Shown: positions 39,375-51,378 of the stretch, piece by piece | How positions within the stretch are numbered: position 1 is the stretch's first letter | Layout of the letters: each line of letters begins with the position of its first letter | DNA from: Hydrolagus colliei | Taxonomy: Eukaryota | Direction: 5' to 3' | DNA: 64,000 nucleotides | Assembly: GCA_035084275.1 (NCBI GenBank) | Contig: CM068744.1 | Span: forward strand, 14,260,001-14,324,000 | The notes under the pieces: generated by a model | The model's input: only the letters and a program-made list of their open reading frames with translations | Database searches by the model: none | Told to the model about the DNA's origin: nothing | Made by a program: the position numbers and the translations under genes

Positions 39375-40113
39375 AATAATAATAATCATCTTTGCATTTG
39401 ATATTAAGCTTTATCATGTCTTTGAAATGTCCCAAAATGCTTCATAGAATATACTGTAAATCAAATTGATTCTATATTTTGTGGATGAAATGTGGCAGCC
39501 AATTGTTTATATTGGTCCATGCCTTTATCACCTCTCGGCTAGACTATGTAAATGCACTCCTCATTGATCTCCCCTCCACCACAATCCATAAAATCCAGCT
39601 CATTCAAAACTCTGCCACTCGCATTCTCACCCACACCAACCTTCGCTCCCCCTTTACTCCAGTCCTTGCCGGACTTCACTGATTCCCTGTCCCAAAGAGA
39701 TTGATTGAGATTGATTGAGAAGATTGATTTCAAGATCCTCACTCGTGTCTTCAAATCTCTCCATTCCTCTCCACCCCCCTACGTCTCTGACCTCCTCTCT
39801 CCCCAAAACAGGACCCGTTGCCTTCGCTCCTCTGGTTCTGGTCTCCTCCTTGTCCCCCAAATCCTCCGCTCTACTATTGGTGGCTGTGCCTTCAAACACT
39901 ACGCCCCAAAGCTCTGGAACTCCCTTCCTCACTCCCTTCGCCTCGCTACCTCTCTTTCTAGTTTCAGGTCTCGGCTAAAGACCTTTCTGTTTGACCATGC
40001 CTTCGGTCACCTTTCTCCCCCTCCCCCTGGCTCGGGCCTGGGATCCGATGTTCTGAAGCGCTCTGAGACGTCGTCCGGCATGGAGGGCGCTATATAAATC
40101 GAAGTTGTTGTTG
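39375..40113. mobile_element. SINE fragment (minus, about 39375-39505) abutting an L2 3' fragment (plus, 39512-40113, second tail type)
   Basis: Peptides [23 protein letters not shown] and FRSRLKTFLF. Tail GGCGCTATATAAATCGAAG(TTG)n. Confidence 0.9.
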
Positions 40114-40654
40114 GTTGGCAGCACTGGTGGCAAAACAGCTGATTCCATGCGAGACAGTGATGACATCAAGAACAACAACAACAACAAAATTACATTTGTA
40201 TAGTCTGTGGGTTGCTTGCTACTCATTTGAATTTAAATTGTTTCCTCACATTGGGTGAGTGTCACCAATTCATGTCATGATTGATAGACAGAGTCAAAAC
40301 TGAGTTGGTTTAAGATAGTCGTACAGACATACGCTTGCCTGAATATAATGTTGTATTAGAAGGAACATAGGAAGGTAAAGAGCTGGAAAATCCAATTGTA
40401 TTTTGATTGTTTGCTTTAATTTTCAAATACCATCTGGTGTTATCTTATGTTCCTTGCTATCCAATTTCTTCTTGAAGGTTTTCATTATCTGTCACCTTGG
40501 ATGAACTATTTTACATGTTAACTAGCTTCTGCATGAGGCAGTTGAAACTAAAGTGTCTCTTCATGCGCTCAATCATGTGTTTGACCATATTTTAGACCTC
40601 TTGAACCAATTGAAACAGGTGAATATGTGCTGCATATTGTTAAAGCTTGGTGAA

Positions 40655-41208
40655 AAAAAATTGGTTATTTCAATCCATGACTGTTTGTGGGACACTGCTG
40701 TGCGCAATTGGCTGCCATGTTTCGCCCACAAATATACAGTCAATTCACTTAATAGTATATTCTGTGAAGCGCTTTGAGACATCTAGAAGACGTGAAAAGT
40801 GCTGTCAAATTCAAGGACTATTATTATTTAACCTGTTCAGAAAAAGGAGCTAAAAATCTTCAACAAGGCCTTTATAGTAAGGACTTGAAGCTTTACACTA
40901 CTGAATAATAATAATCATCCTTACATTTTATATAGCGCTTTTCACGTCTTCTAGACATCTCAGAGCACTTCACAGAATATACTGTAAAGTGAATTGACTG
41001 CATTTATGTAGGCGAAACACAGCAACCAATCATGCACAGCAGTGTCCCTTAAACAGACATGGATTAAAATAACTAATATTTTTTTTAAAAAGATTATTAT
41101 TGTGCATGTCGAGTAAAGAAACTTGCCCAAGGTTTCACCCTGCCTGGAATTGAACACAGGTCTCTCTCTTGTAAGGCGAGTTCTCTGACTGCTAAGCTAT
41201 AGGACTCC
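40655..41208. mobile_element. Tail-to-tail SINE pair (about 40655-40828 plus; about 40905-41208 minus, full length)
   Basis: SINE body and tail motifs in opposite orientations. Confidence 0.88.
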
Positions 41209-41577
41209 ACATGAATGTTGTCAGCACTCATGGATCTGAAGAGCAAGTATCTAATTCTGAGCTGACTCAGTCAATGGTTTATTTTCATTAGATCATTAAG
41301 TCATGTAGTTTATAATCTTAATGCCTCATGTTGACTGATCCTGCAATTTATTGAAGTTTTGAGAGAATGCTACAACAACATGACTATTTTGTCAGGGTTT
41401 CTTATTAAGGGAGGATCCTGGAAGCTGTGTGCTCCAGAGGTTAAGACGTTGAGTGTGGAGCAGTTGAAAGTTTTATCCTTTTTCTGTTATTGCAGTATAT
41501 TGCATCACCTTCAAGCAATATACTGTACTTCTCAGTGAAGACTCAATAATATGGATAGCTGTCTTGTGGCAGGCCAG

Positions 41578-41763
41578 TCAATCAATTAATCAATCAATCA
41601 ATCAATCAAAACTTACATTTATATAGCACCTTTCACGTCGAGAGGATGTCCCAAGAGCAGGGGGGAGGGGTCGGGGCAGGAGGAAGAGGAGTAGGAAAAT
41701 TGACTGTATATTTGTGGGCGAAACGTGGCAGCCAAATTGCGCACAGCAGTGTCCCACAAACAG
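41578..41763 (-). mobile_element. SINE variant with (TTGA)n tail
   Basis: Matches 15318-15495. Confidence 0.78.
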
Positions 41764-41999
41764 TCACTGAGCTTTGTGAGTTTCTTCAGTTAGTGCGAGA
41801 ATGTGCTCGGTTCAAAGATGATCCACTGAACACGAACCATCAATACCACTGCCATGATTGAAAGAAGGTGAATTAAATTATTATGTTAATTTGCTCGGGC
41901 AAATTCGGCCAACGTGTGGACAAATAGCATATTAAACAAGAGATTTGGTCATGTTCAAGGTATTATTTTTATCTGATTACAAGACTAACCTCCTGGCTC

Positions 42000-42603
42000 T
42001 GCAGGCCCAGCATGACAGCTGGAATTTAAATCATCGGGAATGAAAAATAAATTAGCTTTGGTACCCACAATTCATTGCCTCCTGACACCAGTGGTCTGAG
42101 GGCCCTCCCCTGGCTAAAAAAGGCAATGCAGAATGGACTGGGTATCAACTGCTCTAATAATAAAACTGAGTAATAATGGATAAGGTTACCTTGAAGCAAA
42201 TATGTAATTATTTTGACCTGTACATTGGGAGCAGCAGTTACAGCAGGGGAGGTTGCTGGGGCTTGAACCGGTGTCACACAGTAAACTACTTTTTGGTATC
42301 CTTTTCTGCTTTACCGTCCATCAGTGCTGGCGGCCTTCAGATACCAAATGATTCTAAAAAGGAGAGCTGGATCCAAATCGCAATACATTGTTCTTTTAGA
42401 TTGAAGTGGATCTCCTTAATCCAAGCAACAAGTCTGCAGCTGTAGAGGATTTTGCTGGGGGAAGGACTCTACAGAAGCAAATCAGTTCTCCATATACTGC
42501 AAGCTCCCCTATTCATTCTTATTCATCAGATTAATCAAATCCTGCATAATTGAAGACTATCATTATCATTGAAGAAAGACGGAACATAAGAAACTTAATC
42601 AGT
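42000..42603 (+). promoter_or_regulatory. Probable TRDN promoter and 5' leader
   Basis: Repeat-free block before the ATG. MEF2-consensus CTAATAATAA at 42154-42163 and CAGCTG E-boxes near 42017 and 42437. No ATG between about 42351 and 42604. Confidence 0.5.
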
Positions 42604-42625
42604 ATGACTGAAAGCACAACTGAAG
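42604..42625 (+). CDS. TRDN: First coding exon (22 nt) of triadin; exon 2 not found in the window
   Basis: cagtATGACTGAAAGCACAACTGAAG|GTACTG = MTESTTE(G). Human TRDN is recalled as MTEITAE(G) with a 22-nt first coding exon and phase-1 intron. A at -3. Divergent from NKAIN2 as in human. Confidence 0.8.
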
Positions 42626-43604
42626 GTACTGTACAAGAGCTACAAGTGTGCACTGTGCCATTGGCTCAGTATCAGCCGTTCAGTGTTAGTATGCAAACTG
42701 TATTTCCTTTGAAATTTGCTTGAAAGTTTTTAAAAATATATGTATTTTAAGTTGAAAATAAATCTTCTCAAGTTACTGTGTGAATTAGAAATGGCTGTAC
42801 CAGTCAGCAGTAGAATTAGATTACCACAGCTTTCCATAAATAACATGGATCGTGTAGCCTGAGAAATTGTGCAGTGGGGCTTATTACTTGTGTAGGTGGT
42901 GGGGGGTATATGTATTTTAGCTGTGGATTATAAATGTGTCAGACATTAGGCTCAAAGCTGCATTTCTGGGATTCACGTAAAGGCAGTTCAGTATTAAGCA
43001 AAGCACTGTTGTGCACTGTATCGATTTGCTTGTCTGTTTTAATATCTAGACTTAAAATTAAAAATGTGGTTGATATGGAGGCGGGAAAAAGCTTTAGAAA
43101 GATTTGTTGTGCTTCAATTCTAAATAATATATCATAGTTTTTTAACAAGTATTTTGGGATTATAAAGTATATTGAATTTGTTTAAAAACCAAATGTACCG
43201 TGAATTCCTTTGTCGTATTAATACTATTCCCCAAATTGCTGACAAGCCTGTCTTTGCATTTCCCCTGAAGTACTGGGAGTGTAATTGGTGCAGTGTGTGG
43301 TGTTTGTCAGACGCAAGGCTTCTGCACCTTAAACTTGGATGTGTCAAGTTGTGGTGAAGTGCTAAAACAGGTGGCATTCCCAGAAGAACGAATAGAGAAC
43401 AAATGACGAATACAGACAAAATCAAGTAAAAGCTGATCCCCGAGTGTCTCATAAGAACTGTAGCCTCATATTCCATTTTTAATTATAAAATGGGCATTTA
43501 TTACCAGTGAATGATGAATCAACAATAATATTGTGTAAGTCACACTTCTAAAGTAGCTGACAAATTAAATGAACTGCACTAAGTTTAAAATCCCTGAATC
43601 AGCT

Positions 43605-43978
43605 GTGAAGCACTCCAGGATAATACCCGGCGCGCTATTTAAATGCAAGTTGTTGTTGAAGTAGTTCTCTTCTAGCCTAAATATATCAAGGGGCTGATTT
43701 TCACAGGAGATTCTCCAGCAGCAATAGCAACTTGCACTTACCTTTATTAATAATAATAATCTTTGCATTTGATAAAGTGTGTTATTGTGTCGTTGAGACA
43801 TCTCAAGGCTTTTCAGAGAATATCTTGTAAAGTGGATTGAGTGTGTATTGTAGGGTTGAAACAGTCAATTGCACACAGCAGTGTCCCACAAACAGTTTTT
43901 TTAAAAAACGATTTCCCCCCGGAAAGCGATCTACTAATTGACTAACAACCAATCGACTTACTGCTAGGTAAACAGAGG
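43605..43978. mobile_element. L2 tail (plus, about 43605-43658) and long-variant SINE (minus, about 43746-43978)
   Basis: Tail motifs. The extra segment GCCTCTGTTTACCTAGCAGTAAG is shared with about 25195-25215. Confidence 0.75.
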
Positions 43979-44084
43979 CTTCTTGTAATATATTGTATAT
44001 ATTAAAATGGTAATGTAATTAATATTCTAATTAATAATTCTACTTCTATAGTGGTTTACATCTAGGAGAATAAAAACAAAACTA

Positions 44085-44660
44085 CTTTATAAAGTCTGAG
44101 CGAGTGGCTTGAAGCTTGGTTCCTGTGGCAGAAACGTGAAGAAGGCCAGTGCTGTGGAATGGAAGGTTTGGGAGGGAGTACAGGATTGCAGAGCTACAGT
44201 TGGGCAAGACTGTAGAGGCATATGAAGATGAGGATCTTAATGCCAATCCACTGAGGGCCAGAGAGCCAGTGGAGCTGAGCAAGGAAGGGGATGATGGCAT
44301 GGTGGAGCTTGAAGTGGGAGAGAAGGAGGGGCTGCAGAATTCCTGGGTGGTCTGGAGTTTCTGCAGGGTAGAGCAGGGAAGGCCAAAAAGTGGGGAATTG
44401 CAGAAATCAAACCTGAAGATGACAAAGGCATGGATGAAGGTAGTGGCTGCATTGGGGCTGAGGATGTGACAAAGACAAACAATATTACGATGAAGATTTG
44501 AAAGAGAACCAAGTATTGACAAAATGCTGAGGTTCTGGACCGGCTCCATGAGCTGGTGAGCAGTTGCTGAGGTTGATATGGTTGACAACCAGTGGTCAAT
44601 TAATGGCAGGAACAGAGCAGGATAAGTCTAACTTTATCAACACTTAGTTGGAGAAAGTTT
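44085..44660 (-). mobile_element. Decayed L2 fragment
   Basis: Peptide AATTFIHAFVIFRFDFCNSPLFGLP. Confidence 0.82.
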
Positions 44661-44804
44661 TGGTGGGACAGCTTCTCCCTTGAATATGCAAACATAGGGA
44701 AAAAACATATATTGTGAAGAATATTGAAGTTTAATGTCCAGTATTCATAAAATAATTTGAAAATATCACATCTTGCACAAACTCACCTGTGTCTTATATA
44801 TTGA

Positions 44805-46345
44805 TAATCTCGGTGGCCAAGGGCATCCCCAATGTCCTCTCCGGCAGTATAAATCGGCTTCTCCACCCACTATCTCACGCCACTTCTATCGTCTCTACCA
44901 ACCGTGAGGAGATACTGGACTTACTCAAGATCAAAATTGAGTGGACTCACACAGCTCACTATGTCCTTTCCACCGCTATCTCTCTTTATCTCTTCCTCAC
45001 ACTCAGGCCCATATCCATTCCTCTCTCTTTATCTTTGACCCTGACTTCTCCTTTTTTCTCACCTACATCATGTCCAAATTGAAGTCCACTAACTGTTTCT
45101 TTGAACCCATCCCTACAGCTCCCAGCTCCACCTACTTGCCCCTCTAGTAACAGCCATTATCAACCTCTCCTTTTCTCTTGGTACCATTCCCACCTCCTTA
45201 GAAACAGTTGTCATCACCCTATCCTAAACAAAAACCTTCCCGCAACATCCTGCTCTCCAATTACCGCCCCATCTACAACATCCCTTTCCTTTCCAAGGTC
45301 CTAGAACACATTGTTGCTACCAAAATTTACCCATTCTTCAAATCTTACCTTTCACACCATCTCTTCAGTGTCTCCTCAAACAGCTTCTCCTGCAGCCCCT
45401 GTACCAACTTGTGCTGCATTCCTCAGGACACTGTTCTTGGTCCTCTCTTCTTCAACAATTACATGTTCCCACTTGATGACATTTTCCACAGAAATGGGGT
45501 TAACTACTACATATGACACCCAATTCTATTTTTTTGCCTCCATGCTTGATTGTTGTCCTCACATGCAGTCTGCCTGATATATTGTCTGCCCGACAAACAA
45601 TTTGTCATCAAGTCCTGGATGAGAGCTAACTTACTCCAGTTAAATGTCAACAAGACCAACATCTCCTGCTTGACTCCTGTCAACACCTCCAAATCTCAGA
45701 CAGAAACAGCATCACCAATATTGGATACACTCACTGAGCCAGTACAGAACCTTGGCGTCTTGTTTGATCCTCAGCTGTCTACCAACCACCACATCCATGC
45801 CATAACCTGCTCTGCTTTCCCCCACATCCACAACATCACCCATTCTGCCATTCATTCATCCTATCCAGACTTGATTACAGTAGTTTTCTGTTTGTCAAAT
45901 CTTCCCTCCTCAATTATTCCCAACTCTTCCCTCCTCAAACTGCAGATCATTCAGAATTCTGCAGTTGTGTCCCCTCTTGCACCAGGTTCCTTAACCCCAT
46001 CACCCCTACATCATCCGGCTCCACATGCTCCCATCCCCCAGAGGATAGATTTCAAAATCCTCTTCCTTGCTTTCAAAGCCCTCCATTGCGCTTTGGGACA
46101 TCATCCTGGCTGGTGTACAAATGTAATTTGTTGTTTTAACAATATAATAATAATCCTTGCATTTAATATCATGCCGTGTCAGATCGTTGAGATGTCTCAA
46201 AATACTTCACAGAATATACTGTGAAGAGTAATAACTGTATTTGGTGGGCGAAACACAGCAGCCAGTTTGCAAAAAGCAATGTCTCACTACCAATCGTGGA
46301 TTTAGTGATCAAATTTTTAAATTTCTGTGTTGTATTTTGAGAGAT
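44805..46345. mobile_element. Decayed, internally deleted L2 (plus, about 44805-46135) and SINE (minus, about 46141-46345)
   Basis: Peptides SNYRPIYNIPFLSKVLE, IPQDTVLGPLFF and LQLNVNKT. Confidence 0.87.
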
Positions 46346-47569
46346 TTTTACCTCATAATCTCCTGCCTGGAGCCTCCTTTATCTGGACTCTGAATGTCAT
46401 GGAAGTCGGGAATGAGATTGTTATTGAAGCAGATGTTTGCTGGTAGATCCCTCCTGGTATGTTGATGAACTCTAGATTTGTGGATTTATTTAAGAATCCC
46501 AGAAATTTAAAACCCCAGAGACAAACCTGTCTTGTCTCCACAAACCTGGCAAGAAATGTGTATGAAAAATAGGCTGCACAACGTGAAGAAAGAGCATTGA
46601 TGCTGTTGTACATGGGATGACAGGTGCTACTACGCACCATGTTGGGGAAAGCTGAAGTTTGTAAATTGTATGTGTAAAAATCTTTACAAACCAAGCAATG
46701 AATGTGGCAGGCAAAGTGATAAATGTGAAAATAACTGTGTTAGGCAAATGACAATACAATGTACTGTATTGAGATTTCATTAGCTTTTCCTACAGCTTTG
46801 TCCACCTGTCTTACATGAAGGGTTTTAAATAGGCCAAATTACTATATCTCAATGGCCACTAGTTCTATTCAAAAGCTAAAATGGCATAAAATTGAAAGGC
46901 ATCTATTGTAACGTTTGGTGGAACCTCCAGGTCTGACTCATCTTATGTCATGGGAGAAAGCAAGCTGTTCAAGAACTAAAGCTGTAAAGGCACAGAGACC
47001 GTAGACCTTGTAGGAAAGGAACAGTACATAACAGTAAATACGCCTCTGACTGTGCTTATTACAGAGCAAACTTGTGCATTTATACTGAATTTCAGCATTT
47101 AGCATAACAAAGGACTTTAACATGTTGTGTACATTCTTTGTTCTAGTTTTGTGAAGTGTGAATTTAATCCTGATATGCTAATTGCATGAGTGAGGAATCA
47201 GTTTAAATGTCAAAAAAAATTGTTTAACAGAAACCGTAGGCAGGCATGAGGTCTCCAGAGTATAACTTCTTACACTTTATTGAGTAAATAAGAATAATCC
47301 TAGCAGTAGATGTAGCACCTTATCAAATTGTCAAGACTTTTCAAAGGATTTACAGTGAGGTATGCATTTGTAAGGAAATGCCACAGCCTATTTGTACACA
47401 GCAATGCCCCACTAACAGCTGATTTTTTTTTCTAAAGGATTGTTGGTCAGGATGGTGAGTGAAATATTTCCCCCCCCCCCCCCCCCCCCCAAATAATGAC
47501 GTGGGAATAGTCTTTTATGTTTACTTGACCAGACAGTGGAATTTCATCCCAAAGAACTGCCTCTCAGCA

Positions 47570-47871
47570 GTGAAGTCCTGTAGCTCAGTGGTTAGAGCAA
47601 GCAAGAGACCTGGGTTTGATTCCCAGAAGAGCGAAACCTTGGGCAAGTTTTCTTACTCCACATGCCTGATAATAAACCCTCACGAAAAAAATACAATAAT
47701 AATGTGGTCATTCAATCCACGACTGTTTGTGGGATACTGCTGTGCGTAATTGGGTGCTGCGTTTCGGCCATAAATATACAGTCATTTCACTTTACAGTAC
47801 ATTCTGTTAAGCGCTTTGAGACATGTAGAAACATGAAAAGCACAATATCAAATGTAAGGATTATTATTATT
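47570..47871 (+). mobile_element. Full-length SINE
   Basis: GTAGCTCAGTGGTTAGAGC...GGGTTTGATTCC...(ATT)n. Confidence 0.9.
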
Positions 47872-49149
47872 ACCTCTGATATTACCTCAGCCTCAACCTT
47901 ATGTTCAATGTCCCAATGCAGGACTTGAACTGACAACTTTCTGACTTGGAGACTACCAAGGGAGACAGGCTGAAAATTCACTAACATGCAAGGCAGATTA
48001 CAGTGTAATGTACTGCAGTATAATTGGTTTATTGCATTAGATAATGAATATCAGTAAGATGGTTACTGAATTTATTATTACCATTAACACTTATTTATTG
48101 GTCTGTTTAATAAAGCTGTGATTTTATGTTGGCGATTACCAAAATATATTGTGTGAATTTGGTCAAAATGTAAATGCCGCAGATTGAAAAATGCAGAGAC
48201 CTGGTCATGTGCGAATCAAACAAAATTAAACTGAATTTTTCCCCAATTTACAATGTACAGTATCTGCTATGTTTCTGAGCCTCCCCTCCTTTCTATGTTA
48301 TTGCTGCAAAACATTCCACTTGCCAGTGCAGCTGCACCCATGCTTTGGGAGAAACCTCTACGGTTCGTATCACTCACTGTTATGGTGATACATTAAAATA
48401 TTCCCTTCATTATGATCACAATCCACAATCATACTCTGCTGACTTTTCAATGTACCTTTGCACAGATCTAAACTGCTTCTTAACTGTCCTAACAAAACCT
48501 CCAGAATTTGAAAAATAATGATAATAATAATAAAGTGGCCTCTTTCTTTATTTTCTGAAAATATTTTTGCACAGGTTCCTGAGAATGCTAAGACTAGCAC
48601 TTAATACAAGCAATTCACACACCAGTGCAATCTCCTGAGATGTCGCTACTGTTTACTGTTTACCAAAAACTGGCAGCATTTTAGTACTATATTTCAAGAT
48701 TTTATTATTTTAGATTCTTCGGTCTGACTTACGAAGAGGGGAAATCATAATCTAAATATCCTTCTTGATGTTATATAAATGTGACTGGCAATGATCCTTG
48801 CTGAGCACAGTGATCTTAGCTATGCATGTGCTCCTGTATTCCAGATTCCAGCTACTTGAAGAGCATGGAAAATGACATTGGCAGGATGTCATTACTATAG
48901 GAACCGACTGTAACACAGACATTCGAATTGCCAAAGTGGACAAGTGGGTCTTTAATGCTCTATCTTGTCAACAGCACTTGCAATCTTTTTTAAGATGGTG
49001 TTCGTTGCTAAAATTATCAAACATTCCTTGTTATTATTATCATAAACCAGTATTCAATAGTAAATTAAATCTTGGCATATATTGCCTTCAAAAATATTAG
49101 GGGCAGATTTTTATAAACTGTTCATCATTGTTTGATGATGATAATAATA

Positions 49150-51378
49150 TATTAATAATCCTTGCATTTGATACAATGCTTTTCATGTCTTCTGTATGTC
49201 TCAAAGCTCTTCGTAAAATATACTGTAAAATGAATTGACTGTACTTTTTGTGGGTGAAATGCAGCAGCAAATTGCGCACAGTAGTGTCCCACAAACAATC
49301 AACAAACAACAGTGGATTGAAATGACCAATTTATTATTGTTTAATAATTTATTATTATTTATTACTCTTGTGTTTTAGCATGGCCAGATGGACTCCCGTG
49401 GGACTGGCCCTTCTAATCCTGCGCGTTCCTATCTTCCTACATACATACAAACATACTGTACTAGACTGGTTCATTTTGGTTAATACAGTATTAGCAAACA
49501 GTTGTGATAATTAGGTATTATATCTTTTGGTATTTCGTTCGCAGCAAATGCTGATTGATTGTTAATGATCGTCTGATTTAATTGAAGAGAATTCCAATGA
49601 TGCAAACCGCATGCACCACCATTGTTTACACAGTTCACTGCGGTTGGAGTATCACTATTTTCTGTTTTGCTAATATAATTAATGAATAATAAATTAGTAA
49701 ACACATGTTTCATTAATGGAAGATCTCAGTAGGTGATCCAGTCCTGCCCCTGGCTCGGTCCCGGGATCCGCTACTGTGAAGCACTCTGAGATGCCGTCCG
49801 GCGTGGAGGGCGCTATATAAATCAAAGTTGTTGTTGTTGTAGGTGATATAATAAACTCTTTTTTCAGCAACCGTTTTACCCATCATGGGACTCCCAACTT
49901 TCCAACAATTTATTAAACTGGAATAACATAAATACCACAAAATATGTACTGTATCCATATCTGTATTTTCAGAGTATTGTTGTGAAAATAGCACTATCAC
50001 CATTCACTGATGTGCTAACTACTCGTATTTATATTAAACGATCACACTTTATGAGTTTACGAGCACACCCTGAAACTTTACTGCTGATTTTGAACCTACC
50101 CCCAAATCAATTGCAATTATATATCTACAAGAGGACATGGATTCAAACTCAGAAGGAGAATGATGGTCAAATAGTTCTGATTGAATTACCTTACAGGGAA
50201 GCGAAATATGGTCTCTGAAATGTTAAAGGGAATTAAATCCTTCATTTGAAATAGCACCTTATCACATCTTTGAGATATATCAAAGTGCTTCACAGAATAT
50301 ACTGTACTGTAAAGTGAATTGACTATATTTTGTGGGTGACACATGGGCACAAAGTATACAGCAATACACAGCAGTGTCCACACAAATACTCATTAATTGA
50401 GTGACCAGATTATTATTATTAATTGATAATAATTTGGTCCCTCAATTCACCAACAAAGGGTTATGGAAGATAGAAAAACATAAAGATTAATTTTACTCTT
50501 TTGAGACTGTCCTGATAGATTTCAATGGATTTTATCCTATAAATTACATTTTTTTTAGAAATTCTATTGCCTTCCTCCCTATATAATGAATACTGTTATA
50601 AGAAATGCAGTTTTGATATTCAGTAGGTTTTCAAATGTAGTCTTCTTTGCATTTTTTTCAAATGCAACTGTAATGTTGTTGTTCACGTGGATACAATATT
50701 CTGTCATTATATTCCTTCATTCAACTTCTCACACTTGTTTGCATTTACTGGGCAGTCTTTTGTGAAACTACACTGAATGAAGTTTCCACCAAATTCTATA
50801 CTTGGCTTGCTCTTTGCATGAACTCTTGAGCTATCTTTGTGTGTGCTCCCAAGGGGATTTCCGTCACCATTGGTCACATTTCCAGTTGAAATCGGTGGAA
50901 TTTGATCTTTAAATGCGTAGGCCTCTTGTAATATGATCACTGATTACTGGGCACAATGTGATCTGCATAGCTCAGCCCAAGTGTTGGTGGTGGCATCTGG
51001 CAAGAAATGATGAGCTTCTGACATCATTCAGATAAGAAAGGCCATGAAGCTATTTTCAGCCTCCCTGGGTTAAATGGAAAAATAAGGGCAACATGTTTTA
51101 CTTAGCATTTCCTTTCTGTGCTACAGTATCTTTAGTTTTAATTTACCTTTGGAACTCCATCCCGCAACCCCTCCACATTGCCCCCTCCCTAGCCTCCTTC
51201 ATGTCCGCCTCCACACCCTCCTCTTCGACGATGACATTGGTCACCCCCGTTCCCCACCTTTCCCTCCACCCTCCTCGATCCTGATCCCGGCTCGGGTCTG
51301 GAACACTGACTGCCCAGCGCCTTGGGATGTCCTCCCAACATGAAAGACGCTACACAAATGGAGTTTTGTGGTTGTTTT
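49150..51378. mobile_element. Scattered fragments: SINE (49150-49340 minus), L2 tail (49738-49840 plus), SINE (50235-50420 minus), L2 3' end (51148-51378 plus)
   Basis: Matches to the SINE and L2 tails elsewhere. The intervening DNA is unique. Confidence 0.75.
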
